From: a virus
Length of the DNA stretch: 64,000 nucleotides
IMG/VR virus record: IMGVR_UViG_3300030109_003951
Span: 22,601 to 86,600 of that record
Reading direction: 5' to 3' (one strand)
Positions 31,452 to 41,603 of this stretch are shown one piece after another. The translations under genes were made by a program, and so were the position numbers. How positions within the stretch are numbered: the first letter of the stretch is position 1; each line of letters begins with the position of its first letter. The notes beneath the pieces were generated by a model. The model ran no database searches. It worked only from the letters and a program-made list of their open reading frames with translations, and had not been told where the DNA came from.

Positions 31452-32254
31452 CAAAACCAATCCTCCAATGTTTTTTGTTTAGGGTCAGCATAAATATGAT
31501 ACATATCCCAACCCATTGCTTTGTATATAGGTTCGGCTTTGTTTATACAGTAACCTGCGTAATATTCGTAATCTATTTCTATTTTACCTTCATCTAATAA
31601 AGGTAATAATTCATTTTTTTCTTTGACTGAAATATAAGTAGCAACTCTAGAAGTCCCATCATTTAATGGGATTGTCTTAGGGCCAGATAATATGTTACAT
31701 TTGATTGTGATAAAAGAATCAGTTATGGGGTCGGACGAGTTCAAGTGTGTGTTATAATAAACTGCACCAGCAACTCCACCCGCTAATGTTGCATAATCAT
31801 TAATAGATTTCCTAAGCCTTGACCTCTTAAGAAAACTATCCATTTCTATTTTACCTTTCTTAATATTTTGATATGCTTGTTTTAAATACTTAGTAACTTC
31901 TTTTTCAGTTTTACCATTAGCCCACATTTTTAAAACCATCTCTTGTATAATTTTTGCAATGTGTATTTCAGTAGATTTCTTTACTGCAAATCCTGTAACT
32001 ACAAATTCTGGTTCATCTAAATGTTCACCATCTTTCCAAGATATAAAACCAGCATTACGGTTTTTAGTAATACCTATACCGAGAGAAGAATAAAACTTTT
32101 CAAACTCTAAAGTTACAGGGTGTTGGTCTAACCCAAGTATATTAGGAAATATTTCCCTAACCTGTTGATTAAGATAATTACACGTATCTTTAGCATGGTC
32201 TATCGACTCAACAGGACAAAACAAAGAATCAGTATGAGCGTATATTACTTTCAT
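31451..32254 (-). CDS. polB: family B DNA polymerase, C-terminal subunit
   Basis: Motif C YAHTDS, LEFEK, thumb region, C-terminal PIP-like KQKTLEDWF. Confidence 0.9.
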   Translation of the reverse strand: MKVIYAHTDSLFCPVESIDHAKDTCNYLNQQVREIFPNILGLDQHPVTLEFEKFYSSLGIGITKNRNAGFISWKDGEHLDEPEFVVTGFAVKKSTEIHIAKIIQEMVLKMWANGKTEKEVTKYLKQAYQNIKKGKIEMDSFLKRSRLRKSINDYATLAGGVAGAVYYNTHLNSSDPITDSFITIKCNILSGPKTIPLNDGTSRVATYISVKEKNELLPLLDEGKIEIDYEYYAGYCINKAEPIYKAMGWDMYHIYADPKQKTLEDWF

Positions 32255-32496
32255 AAATTCAACTCCTTCCAGCATTTTTTATGATATTTTCTAGATGCCC
32301 AATCCTTGTGTGGTGCGCCTCCTCTACGGGCGAAACCAATGGGTTGTAATGCCCCACGACAATGTAAACAATAACCATGTGGAACCCACTCATAATCACA
32401 TTCTACACACACAACTAATCCCTTACCTTTTATTACTGTTTTATAAGCCTCAGTTCCTTTACATCTTCTACATATGTGTGTGGCCTCGTCACTCAT
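32251..32496 (-). CDS. double Zn-finger protein between the polB halves
   Basis: CRRC, CVEC, CLHC, HKKC. Confidence 0.65.
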   Translation of the reverse strand: MSDEATHICRRCKGTEAYKTVIKGKGLVVCVECDYEWVPHGYCLHCRGALQPIGFARRGGAPHKDWASRKYHKKCWKELNL

Positions 32497-32713
32497 CCCA
32501 AACCCTCCATCTTGCAGGATAATCATATTTATTTAATCTGACAAATTCTTTGTGTCTTTTTAGAATGTTACTCAATCCTTGAATTGTAGGGCATGTCCTA
32601 AAATGCCTATCAACATAAATATCATAAATTTCTCTGGTGGTCATTTCACCATCACCTAATATATTTATTGCTTGTTGAATAATTCTCTGATATTTATTTT
32701 TTGCACTGGGCAT
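32489..32713 (-). CDS. winged-HTH protein between the polB halves
   Basis: MTTREIYD...PTIQGLSNILK...W. Confidence 0.65.
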   Translation of the reverse strand: MPSAKNKYQRIIQQAINILGDGEMTTREIYDIYVDRHFRTCPTIQGLSNILKRHKEFVRLNKYDYPARWRVWDE

Positions 32714-34362
32714 TATAATCCCTCCGCAACTTTAGCAGCATGTCTGATTGCTTCTCTAGCACTAGCAGTGATGCTGTTCGCTAAATCTGGGTCATACCAA
32801 CCAAACTTAGGAAACGCAGTTACCCCATAGAAACTCGCCATGAGTCTCTTTACAGCCATTTGATTGTTAAACCATTTTTGATGTTCTTCCTTAGTGTCTG
32901 CTTTTTTCATTTTAGACTTGTATTCATCTCTAAGTTGTTTAAGATTAAGAACAGACCTTGGTAATAAACCAAGTTTGTCTGTTTTGTAATATCGCATGTT
33001 CTTTTTAATTACAGGGCTAAAGTCCTGTGGTGTTGCCAAATTACAAGCAAACTCTGTAGGTGTGCGAGACTTAGTTTCCCAACTAATATTCCTAGCCATC
33101 ATCATAGAAGGATATAGTTGTGCAAAATCAAAAGCCGCAACATTACTATGCCTACCATGCGTTTTGTTTACTTCTGGGTCAAATATCATGGCCCCAGTAA
33201 CTTCTACTCTCTCAGCATCTTTATTACCTGTCGGCACTTTCCAATCAGCATGTCTCATGAAGTAAATGCCTCCCATGTGAGAAGCATAAAAACACGCACT
33301 AAATGGTGCAACTAGTAATCTTTGTAATGCTAATATAGATTCTGATATTGCATTATCTTCATCTATGCGTTTTAGTAAAGCAACATCTTGAATATTATAA
33401 TCTAAATAATTTTGAGTATCTTCTAACCAAGCCCTTCTAAAGAATTCGTTTTTGTCTGTGAATTTAGAATCTTTCTTTTTACCTTCCCCGAATAAAAGAT
33501 TACCAACAAAATCTAAAGCAGTAGATGGAAGTGTGCCACGTTGAGCATCGTTCCATTGTCTTTCAAATGCATGGTCTAAGTTTAAACACAATCTACCATA
33601 GATAGGTTGAGATATAGGTGATATTTGATTCCATGCCTTTTTGTTGGGTTTGACCAACCCTATAGGAGATAGTCTACTAATATCAATATTATTTTCTTCT
33701 AACCTTTCAAACAACTTAGGAATATCTGCTTGTAATCCAAACCATGCAATCAACATGTCTGGGTCTTGTTCTTCCATATCAGAAACGAAAGCCTCAAGCA
33801 TATCTTCTTCTGAATTAAAATGATATTCCGCAGCATCGACTACAATCATATCTAGTTTAGCATCTTTGGGAGTCCAATAGTATAAGTTTATGCAATCTGC
33901 ATAATTATCGTAAACTGCAATAGTTGTTATCGCCCCATCATATTTACCTGTGTTCATCCATTCCATATCCCAATACCACTTACGTAAATCATACTCTGGT
34001 ATTTCAGTCATTTTATCAATACAATAACGATGTGTAAAATTAACATCTGCTTCATACGTTTTGTCAAAGTATTTTCTAGCGGTTCTAATATCATTATATT
34101 TAGTAACCATAACTTTAGTCAAAGGTTGGTTTTCCAAATTAACATGGCTAGTTCTTTCATAAATAAACTCTTGAGGTAGTTTCATCTTTCTACCTTGAGA
34201 ATTAGTAACACTGATGTTATATGCTTGCGGCATTCTTTCGTCAGAACCAACATAAAAATACGGTCTAAAATCAGTGACTTCTTTTTCTAATCTATTACCA
34301 TTTTCATCACGCCATCTAAGATAAATAGTGTTATCTTTATGTGTGATAATCATGTGTCTCAA
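32713..34362 (-). CDS. polB: family B DNA polymerase, N-terminal subunit (exonuclease, motifs A and B)
   Basis: DME, YNIQD, DFAQLYPS, KRLMASFYG. Confidence 0.92.
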   Translation of the reverse strand: MRHMIITHKDNTIYLRWRDENGNRLEKEVTDFRPYFYVGSDERMPQAYNISVTNSQGRKMKLPQEFIYERTSHVNLENQPLTKVMVTKYNDIRTARKYFDKTYEADVNFTHRYCIDKMTEIPEYDLRKWYWDMEWMNTGKYDGAITTIAVYDNYADCINLYYWTPKDAKLDMIVVDAAEYHFNSEEDMLEAFVSDMEEQDPDMLIAWFGLQADIPKLFERLEENNIDISRLSPIGLVKPNKKAWNQISPISQPIYGRLCLNLDHAFERQWNDAQRGTLPSTALDFVGNLLFGEGKKKDSKFTDKNEFFRRAWLEDTQNYLDYNIQDVALLKRIDEDNAISESILALQRLLVAPFSACFYASHMGGIYFMRHADWKVPTGNKDAERVEVTGAMIFDPEVNKTHGRHSNVAAFDFAQLYPSMMMARNISWETKSRTPTEFACNLATPQDFSPVIKKNMRYYKTDKLGLLPRSVLNLKQLRDEYKSKMKKADTKEEHQKWFNNQMAVKRLMASFYGVTAFPKFGWYDPDLANSITASAREAIRHAAKVAEGL

Positions 34363-35114
34363 CTCATGTACGGTGCTACAACAATAGCAGCGAAATCTGT
34401 GCTTGCAAATAACGGCATGTCATCATGTAATCTCAAATTGATTCTATTATTCCATTCGTTTTCACTTTGAAATAAAACATGAATAGGTGCTGCAAAAGGA
34501 ACAGTAGCAGCATTACCACTATGTTCTCTCATTTGTAATTCGTTAGATATTTTTCTTTGGCCTTTAGATGCCTGTAAATATAGTCTTTCATTGGGGTGAA
34601 AGTTCAAAACATAATTAGATGCTCCCACTGTGTCACAAGCCTTAATAGATTGAGTTAAACTATCGACATCTAAATTTACTGTTAAGTCATATTTAGTTGA
34701 ACCGAATGTAAAGTCTGGCCCAAAACCCTCATCAATCCAATTAATCAACTTAGGGCTAAACCTATCAATAGCCGATTCATTTTCATGATGTGCAACTAAA
34801 GGAACTGTTGCAGAATCACTATCTTGTAATATTGTCAAAACACTACCAACCTCAAACTCAACTTCTCCAGAAAAGGTTTTCAACATCGGTAATATTTCTA
34901 AATCTAAAACAAACTGAACATCTTCTGCGTTGTCTAAAACTATCTTATATGCTACAGCGACAGAGTTTGCCCTATTAGCACTAAGTAAATATAAATTGTT
35001 ATCTTCAATTTTACAAGTTATTTGAGAAGACAACTCACCATTTTTATCGCCCCATTTACCTTTCATGGTACAATACTTGATTCCCTTTAGAAAACTATCC
35101 ATGTTTATTATCAT
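34359..35114 (-). CDS. pcn: PCNA sliding clamp
   Basis: About 250 aa with a two-fold clamp pattern; between polB and the RFC cluster. Confidence 0.7.
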   Translation of the reverse strand: MIINMDSFLKGIKYCTMKGKWGDKNGELSSQITCKIEDNNLYLLSANRANSVAVAYKIVLDNAEDVQFVLDLEILPMLKTFSGEVEFEVGSVLTILQDSDSATVPLVAHHENESAIDRFSPKLINWIDEGFGPDFTFGSTKYDLTVNLDVDSLTQSIKACDTVGASNYVLNFHPNERLYLQASKGQRKISNELQMREHSGNAATVPFAAPIHVLFQSENEWNNRINLRLHDDMPLFASTDFAAIVVAPYMS

Positions 35115-35947
35115 ATAGTCCCCTCCTTCAATGGCGGGATTCCTTCCCACTTAACTTCATTCTTTTGATGGTCAACTGCTAAAACTTTGAATGTTTTACC
35201 AACACTTAATGTATTAGATTTAGATGAAAGTATTTCTGCTGAATATTCTACACTGTTTAATTTTTTAGTTTTAGTCATCCTAATTTCGTGGCTAAATCTA
35301 GCAGGAGTGCTTTTATGCCAATCTGCTTCTTTACCAACTGGATTAGGATTGTTTATTCCTTCATATACATCTTTCATGTGTGTAATGAAAAACACATCAC
35401 ATTCTAAAGCATCAACCTTGTCTAATAATAAATTATAATGTCTGTTTCTTTTACCGTACAAAATAGGTAGAAACTTAAAGTCTGTTTCTTTTTTACCTTT
35501 AGTTAAAGTATCAAAACATCTGACTAACCATTTATCTACACCATCAAATACAAATTTGTATTTATCACCGAAGTCACCATTCTTAACTCTACGAACAAAA
35601 GCCTCAGCCAACTTTTCACTTTGAGCAAAATTTGGCGAGCCATCTTCATTAAAGCAATGGGGGTCAAACACAATTATGTGGTCACTAGAATCCCAGTTGT
35701 TTCTCCACGTAGGTTCACAACCATTATCCCAATCTAATGCTATTACTTTCCAACCATCTTTAATTTCTTGTTCTGTCAAACAATCCAAGGCTACACCAGA
35801 CTTTCCAGACTTAGGCTCACCGTGAATTCCAACTCTCAGAAAAGACCTGTTTCTTTTATTCATAGCCTTTAATCTTCTATCTATTTCATCACATTGTTTT
35901 TTAAATTCTTCTTCAGAATTAGTTCCTAATTTAAACGCACTTTGCAT
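35111..35947 (-). CDS. RecA/RadA-superfamily ATPase (AAA_24/Sak4-like)
   Basis: GEPKSGKS, LDWDNG, FVFDG, FITH; AGGAGA RBS supports start 35947. Confidence 0.8.
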   Translation of the reverse strand: MQSAFKLGTNSEEEFKKQCDEIDRRLKAMNKRNRSFLRVGIHGEPKSGKSGVALDCLTEQEIKDGWKVIALDWDNGCEPTWRNNWDSSDHIIVFDPHCFNEDGSPNFAQSEKLAEAFVRRVKNGDFGDKYKFVFDGVDKWLVRCFDTLTKGKKETDFKFLPILYGKRNRHYNLLLDKVDALECDVFFITHMKDVYEGINNPNPVGKEADWHKSTPARFSHEIRMTKTKKLNSVEYSAEILSSKSNTLSVGKTFKVLAVDHQKNEVKWEGIPPLKEGTI

Positions 35948-35972
35948 ATTTATTTCTCCTGTAATTTTTGTC

Positions 35973-36051
35973 GAAGGAAACAAGTTCATGGGGTCGTAAT
36001 CCACTATTTCCGAAACGGAAGTGTTTTCTTGTTATTCACGGATAAACCTTC
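35973..36051 (-). ncRNA. structured element, copy 1 (stem, 13x1 internal loop, stem)
   Basis: Plus strand reads GAAGG-A-AACAAG...CTTGTT-ATTCACGGATAAA-CCTTC. Confidence 0.45.
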
Positions 36052-36092
36052 TATCAAAGGGGTTGCGAGGGTGCCCCCCTTTTGACTTTAAA

Positions 36093-37406
36093 TCACCACC
36101 AGTCATCATCAGTGCTTTCTACACTGACTACAATAGGTTCTCCCTTTCTTTCTTGTACTAATAATCCATAAACATTAATTGTTACTGGGTTGACAATAGT
36201 TTCACCTGTATCTTCATCAATAGTTTCTCTTTGTGATGTTCTACCAATAATTAAGATTTGACTGCCTACACCAAAGTCTAAATCAATGTGAGGCGGTAGC
36301 CAACAAACTGTGTCTTCATATTGATTAACATCATAATTATAATTGTCTAAAGATGCAAGCCAAATAGTTCTGTTACCAACTTTGTTTGGAGATGGTTGCA
36401 TATTTGTAACCATACCATCAGTGATAACCAATCTTTCAGCATAAGGTCTTGTTAAAGAATTATTATGATACATGTCTATATTCACTAAGTTTGTAGTCAT
36501 ACCACCCATACAATTTTGAATAAGTTCCATAACATTTGGAGTTACTGCAATTTTATCATCATGTTCATCTGGTAATTGGCTATTAATCATTAAAGAATCT
36601 AATGACCTAACTGTACCATAAACAACATTTCTTTCTTCATTCCAAACACCTGTAAAGTATAATGGTTCATACAACGGAACTTTTTCTGCAAATTCTGTTG
36701 CTACTAAACTACCACCTTTGTCTCTAAGTTGAACTGGCCAATATTTAGGGCTTTCATCATTTGGCCCTTGACCAATAAAGTGTGCTTTACGTGTATTGTC
36801 AGTTAATGGTAATGGTTTACAATATGATGGGTTTTTATCACCATTTTGGAATTTTTCTGTTAAATCAATTGGTGTAGCCCAACCAAGTTCAAATTCCCAA
36901 GATGCATCTTTAATTCTATTGAACCAATTCTCATCTAATGGTTTACCAGCAATCGTAGTGTTACGAACTGTTTCTTCACCATTTGCAATGTAACTGTTTT
37001 GATAACCTGCTTCTGTTTTAGTAGTAAGTGAAATACCATATGGTCTACTATTAACTTCTATACCATTACGATAAACACCTTCTAAATCATGCTCACAAGC
37101 AGCCTTAATCATATCTCTAGGATATTGCATGTTATTACGAACATCTTCCATACCTACAAATACACCAAAACCTCTTTTGATAAAAGAGCCACCTGTGTTT
37201 GAAACATTAACTGTGTTTCTTTGCATTGCCCTTCTACGCCCAGATACCCAATTTCTAAACAAGGCTCTTATTTGCAAAGAGTCTGTCTCTTTATTGAAAT
37301 TGTGTTTTTGCACTATCTCTTCTATTTTTTCTGTCACCGCACTAGCATCCATTTCAAACATTCGTGCTGTATTCTCTATCTCTTCTATATCGTTTTCCCA
37401 ATACAT
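36093..37406 (-). CDS. RPA-like ssDNA-binding protein (OB folds)
   Basis: C-terminal OB pattern (FGVGSQILIIGRT...INVYG), acidic DDDWW tail. Confidence 0.7.
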   Translation of the reverse strand: MYWENDIEEIENTARMFEMDASAVTEKIEEIVQKHNFNKETDSLQIRALFRNWVSGRRRAMQRNTVNVSNTGGSFIKRGFGVFVGMEDVRNNMQYPRDMIKAACEHDLEGVYRNGIEVNSRPYGISLTTKTEAGYQNSYIANGEETVRNTTIAGKPLDENWFNRIKDASWEFELGWATPIDLTEKFQNGDKNPSYCKPLPLTDNTRKAHFIGQGPNDESPKYWPVQLRDKGGSLVATEFAEKVPLYEPLYFTGVWNEERNVVYGTVRSLDSLMINSQLPDEHDDKIAVTPNVMELIQNCMGGMTTNLVNIDMYHNNSLTRPYAERLVITDGMVTNMQPSPNKVGNRTIWLASLDNYNYDVNQYEDTVCWLPPHIDLDFGVGSQILIIGRTSQRETIDEDTGETIVNPVTINVYGLLVQERKGEPIVVSVESTDDDWW

Positions 37407-37418
37407 ATTTTTTCCTCC

Positions 37419-38339
37419 TTATATTTTTATTGATGCTACTAACCAAGACAACAAAACTCTTGGTGTCATGTTAGTGCTTCTCCATTCTGCTTCACCTATG
37501 GCTCGCAAGAAAATGAATTTCTTATTGTAATCAATCTCATCTCTCATCACAACTTCATGTAAACCAGAGCAAATCTCTTGTAGAGATTGACCTTCTCTAT
37601 TCATGTCCGATAATAGTTCTAACGCATCAATCCTATTACCGTCAATTATCTTGTGTACTACTTCTGAATATCCTTTCAGACTTTGAACAACTTGAACCCC
37701 TAAAGGTCTACCAGAAATCAAAGCCGCTTGCAATTCAGTCAACACCCTACGGACATCCCCATTGTACGCACTTATAAAGTGGAACAAAACTTTTTCCTCA
37801 ATGTTTGGAATTTGCTCGTTTTTCAAACATCGCATAACTAAGTCAAAAATTCTCTGGTCAGTTAATCTTTGGAAAAAGTAGTTAGCACATCTTGATTGAA
37901 TCGGGTGAATAATTTTGTTTCTGTCATTACAGGTAATAATAAATCTAACATTGTTAGAGTATCTTTCCATGACTCTCTTCAATGCATTCTGAGCATCTGT
38001 TGTCATACCATCCATTTCATCTAAATGTATAATCTTAAAAGGAACATCACCAATCTTCATAGTTTGTGCAAACTCTCTTATTTGAGTTCTAACAACTTCT
38101 AACTTTCTATCGTCACTAGCGTTGATTTCTAAAAAGTTATCCATGTATTCCCCTAACAACTCTTTTCCTAACACCATCGCTGCTGCTGTTTTACCAACAC
38201 CTGCTGGCCCAAACAACAAAAGGTGTGGCATGTCTTTATGCTCAATCCACCCTTCGGCATCTAGTCTAAAACTATCTTGTCCTATGATGTCTCCTAATCT
38301 TTCTGGTCTGTATTTTTCTGCCCATAATTCACTTCTCAT
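37419..38339 (-). CDS. rfcS: replication factor C small subunit
   Basis: WAEKYRP, GPAGVGKT, EINASD, LDEMD, AQNALKR, SRC. Confidence 0.95.
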   Translation of the reverse strand: MRSELWAEKYRPERLGDIIGQDSFRLDAEGWIEHKDMPHLLLFGPAGVGKTAAAMVLGKELLGEYMDNFLEINASDDRKLEVVRTQIREFAQTMKIGDVPFKIIHLDEMDGMTTDAQNALKRVMERYSNNVRFIITCNDRNKIIHPIQSRCANYFFQRLTDQRIFDLVMRCLKNEQIPNIEEKVLFHFISAYNGDVRRVLTELQAALISGRPLGVQVVQSLKGYSEVVHKIIDGNRIDALELLSDMNREGQSLQEICSGLHEVVMRDEIDYNKKFIFLRAIGEAEWRSTNMTPRVLLSWLVASIKI

Positions 38340-39172
38340 ATATAATCCTCCAATGTTTTCTTGCTTTTCTTTCGTATTTTCTTTCTAGTAATTGGCTTTT
38401 CACCAATCCCTAATAATCTATATTCTTGATTGTTTAATCTTTTTTGAGTGTAATATTTGAATTCCTCTGACCCTTTTACAATATCCATTAGTAAATGCCA
38501 TTCATTAGTTTTGAACCCTAGCCTTCTTAGTATTCTACGTCTTTCTTTATCTTGGGCAAACTTAGGGAATCTTAACATTCCCGCATGTCCACCATCAAAA
38601 GCATAAGCCAACATTTCATAAAAGTAAGGATATTTCCATCTCCGCTTAACTTTAGCATCCACAAATAATAATCTATTAAAGTGAACATGGTCAGATAATG
38701 CATTCATGAGAAACACATCTGGTGGTCGATTGCTCTTTAAGATTCTGGCAACTTCATCTCTATCACGATTTTTTAAGAACAACTTTACCATCTCGAAAAC
38801 ATCAACCTTTGGATTTAATGCTGGCACACTTCTAGGTGCAATATCTGCAAAAGGTAAATGCACCGTAGCACCAGCCAATTTTATTCTACATAATTTTTTG
38901 ATTGCTGCTGGTATTGATTTTTTATCAACAGAAGTTAAAACAACTTTGGCTTTTGCTTTACGCAAATGTTCAACTATCTCGTCTGTGTTGGCTTTATAGT
39001 GAACATCCTCAATTAACAATTGTAAATCTTTAGGCACTCCTCCCTCAAACTCATTAGCAAAAAATACCAACGGGTCATCTAACAAAGAAAGAGCCATTGT
39101 CGTTTTACCAGTAGATGGTTTACCAACCACAATAATTGGTTGTTCTTTTTTTGACATGCTGGCCCAACTCAT
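38336..39172 (-). CDS. divergent replication factor C large subunit
   Basis: GKPSTGKT, IEDV, C-terminal PIP-like KKTLEDYI; adjacent to rfcS. Confidence 0.65.
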   Translation of the reverse strand: MSWASMSKKEQPIIVVGKPSTGKTTMALSLLDDPLVFFANEFEGGVPKDLQLLIEDVHYKANTDEIVEHLRKAKAKVVLTSVDKKSIPAAIKKLCRIKLAGATVHLPFADIAPRSVPALNPKVDVFEMVKLFLKNRDRDEVARILKSNRPPDVFLMNALSDHVHFNRLLFVDAKVKRRWKYPYFYEMLAYAFDGGHAGMLRFPKFAQDKERRRILRRLGFKTNEWHLLMDIVKGSEEFKYYTQKRLNNQEYRLLGIGEKPITRKKIRKKSKKTLEDYI

Positions 39173-39570
39173 TTATTTCCCTCCTTCAAGTCTATGATGT
39201 CCTGTATTCCATCTTGATTCAAATGTTCACCAAATTCTACTATTTCTAAAGCCTGTAAGAAATTGTCCCACTGACCTAAAGCATCTGGAATAACAGGAAT
39301 TAAATCACCTAACTTTAACAACGATTCAAGTTTTCTAACAGACAATATTGGTTGCTTTCTAGTTTTACTTTCATGTAATCTTAGATTACTTTCTATTTGA
39401 TATTGTAAAAATGTTCTTTGCAACGCCTCAATAAATTCAAGATTCTTCGCTCGAAAATGAACGGCTAACCTCACAGCAAAACCTACATCCCTACTTTCTT
39501 GACGTTGGACAGTGATTTCAGTTTTAGCCAATGATAATAATATCCCTTGTAATTGCTCTTTAGTAAACAT
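39169..39570 (-). CDS. degenerate single-motif LAGLIDADG-like protein
   Basis: LQGILLSLA helix and EHLNQDGIQDIIDLK tail resemble the I-CreI family. Confidence 0.55.
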   Translation of the reverse strand: MFTKEQLQGILLSLAKTEITVQRQESRDVGFAVRLAVHFRAKNLEFIEALQRTFLQYQIESNLRLHESKTRKQPILSVRKLESLLKLGDLIPVIPDALGQWDNFLQALEIVEFGEHLNQDGIQDIIDLKEGNK

Positions 39571-39574
39571 AGTA

Positions 39575-41005
39575 TCATCTCACATAACTTATAACATCTT
39601 CAAGTGTGCTAATATCTGCAACTGGTTTATCATATCTTATTGCTACCATTCTAGGAAATCTTAGTGTCCAACCATATTCTGTTTTGGTGATTAAATCTGC
39701 ACACACAGATAATACAATTCTTGGTAAAAATTCATATGTACCATTATGGAATTTGATAACAGTTCTTTTTAATTTGTTAGTTATTAACTTGCGTTCTTCA
39801 TTACTAAACCCAACACCAACTGAACCTACATTGGCAAAACCACCTTCATCTTTAACAGAAATATCAAATGAAGTAAAGACAGATTGGTGTTTTCCTTTGC
39901 CATGTCTAGCAGAAGTAATCACAACATCCAAGTCTATCTTAGCAGGTTTGAATTTTAACCATGACCTTTTTGCAGGTTCGTATATTCCGTTAGCATCTTT
40001 TAACATGATTCCTTCAAAACCATCAGAAATCGCTTGAGCATAAAATAAATTTTTGTGCTTTTCAAATGAATTATAATCTGGGAAGTTCGTATATTTTATT
40101 GACCTGTATTCTTCTGGGACAATATCTTCTATAAATTTTAATCTCTCACGCAACGGTGTATTTTCAAAAAGATAATCAAACACTGCTAACTTCACAGGAC
40201 ATTTTTCTATAGCCTGTTTTATATCATTAGAATGTATTCTAGAATTTATATTTTTGAGAGGGGCTGGTTTACCTTTCTCTACTGGATAAATCTCACCGTC
40301 TAAAATATAATTACCGTTGTCCCAATTCTTTATTATGTCAACAACATCTGGAAACTTTTTAGTTATGTCTTTACCTATCCTATTGAATAATAATACGATG
40401 TCACCTTGCCTATGTATTTGTACTCTAACCCCATTATACTTGTATTCCATAATCAAGGGCCAAGTATCTGGTATTCCCTTGAGAGGTTTTGCTAACTGTG
40501 GTGGGACGGCAACACCCACTTGAAATTTTATTTTAAGTTCTCCAAACATTTTTCTCACAACACCATCATCTATTCCATTTCTAGGTTTTCGCAACCAGTA
40601 ACGAATAAACCATTTGATTTCATTATTCTTCATTTTATGAAAAGCCTCTTTAATTAAAACAAACGCATTAGATTCTGTTTTGCTACAATCTAATTCTAAA
40701 AGGTGTTTTATTTGTTTTACCGTATAATCTGATTCATTACTATTTTCAACATACCATTTTATGCCTTCACCAATATCACCATGTATTTTTATTTGTTGAG
40801 ATATATCATCTTCCAACACTTCATAAATTTTAGCAAGCCAAACAATTGCTTTTTTCTCTCCCATAAAATTAGCATCTAAATTAAGGCCGAGTATTTCTTT
40901 GGCCTCATTTGTCAAATTAGATGTTTTAACTATACCTTCTTTTTCATTGAGAGATTTTCTATTTTGAATTGCTTCGCACATTCTGGCGAAATCAGACCAG
41001 AGCAA
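39575..41005 (-). CDS. lig: ATP-dependent DNA ligase
   Basis: EYKYNG, LDGEI, FDYL, EGIMLK, WLKFK, LRFPR. Confidence 0.93.
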   Translation of the reverse strand: MLWSDFARMCEAIQNRKSLNEKEGIVKTSNLTNEAKEILGLNLDANFMGEKKAIVWLAKIYEVLEDDISQQIKIHGDIGEGIKWYVENSNESDYTVKQIKHLLELDCSKTESNAFVLIKEAFHKMKNNEIKWFIRYWLRKPRNGIDDGVVRKMFGELKIKFQVGVAVPPQLAKPLKGIPDTWPLIMEYKYNGVRVQIHRQGDIVLLFNRIGKDITKKFPDVVDIIKNWDNGNYILDGEIYPVEKGKPAPLKNINSRIHSNDIKQAIEKCPVKLAVFDYLFENTPLRERLKFIEDIVPEEYRSIKYTNFPDYNSFEKHKNLFYAQAISDGFEGIMLKDANGIYEPAKRSWLKFKPAKIDLDVVITSARHGKGKHQSVFTSFDISVKDEGGFANVGSVGVGFSNEERKLITNKLKRTVIKFHNGTYEFLPRIVLSVCADLITKTEYGWTLRFPRMVAIRYDKPVADISTLEDVISYVR

Positions 41006-41009
41006 AAAA

Positions 41010-41174
41010 TCACCTAAATTTAAATTCGGGTTCTCCTGTTAAATCACTAAGGACTTTCACCATAGCATCCAAATCATAATCATATTTTTTCTTTAACCAA
41101 TCAAACCTTTCTTCCAACTCTTGCACTCTTGATTCTAGTTCTTTCATTTTATCTATTTCTTCTTCATCTTCCAT
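41010..41174 (-). CDS. small coiled-coil protein (54 aa)
   Basis: Read manually; GAGGAGG RBS. Confidence 0.5.
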   Translation of the reverse strand: MEDEEEIDKMKELESRVQELEERFDWLKKKYDYDLDAMVKVLSDLTGEPEFKFR

Positions 41175-41176
41175 TT

Positions 41177-41386
41177 TTATTCCTCCTCTAATAAGTCTGG
41201 GAATAAAGTTATAAGTTGTTCTGCAACCATACTCATCCCTAAAAACACACCCACTTGAAATTCTTTTGTTCCCATATTAGTATCAGTGATTAAATCTTCA
41301 ACTTCACCATATAGAGTTTCTACTTGGTCCCTAAACTGTTGTATTCTTACTAATATTAATTTAATTCCTAAATCCATTTTCATCAC
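41177..41386 (-). CDS. hypothetical protein
   Basis: ORF within the operon. Confidence 0.5.
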   Translation of the reverse strand: MMKMDLGIKLILVRIQQFRDQVETLYGEVEDLITDTNMGTKEFQVGVFLGMSMVAEQLITLFPDLLEEE

Positions 41387-41603
41387 CTTCTATTCTTTTC
41401 AGCACTCCCATCAATTGTTTAAACTCATCACGATTACATCTAAACCCTTTGAGTCCTGCTTTCATTTGTCCTGCCTTATCTCTATAAAACCAACGAACAT
41501 CAATTACTTCTATTTTTTGATATTCTCCTACACTAACTCTTATTTCGTTATCTGTATCTCTTGGTATTTCTCCTACTGTTTTCATATTTCCATTCCTCCA
41601 CAA
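41361..41603 (-). CDS. PC4/Sub1-like ssDNA-binding protein
   Basis: IRVSVGEY...IDVRWFY...KG. Confidence 0.8.
   Translation of the reverse strand: MWRNGNMKTVGEIPRDTDNEIRVSVGEYQKIEVIDVRWFYRDKAGQMKAGLKGFRCNRDEFKQLMGVLKRIEGDENGFRN

Noticed and set aside
32254-32720. Split intein or ribosomal hop (GGA to GGA) rejoining polB
   Set aside because: No intein terminal residues; the gap is about 460 nt and holds two coupled ORFs; the C-half has its own coupled ATG
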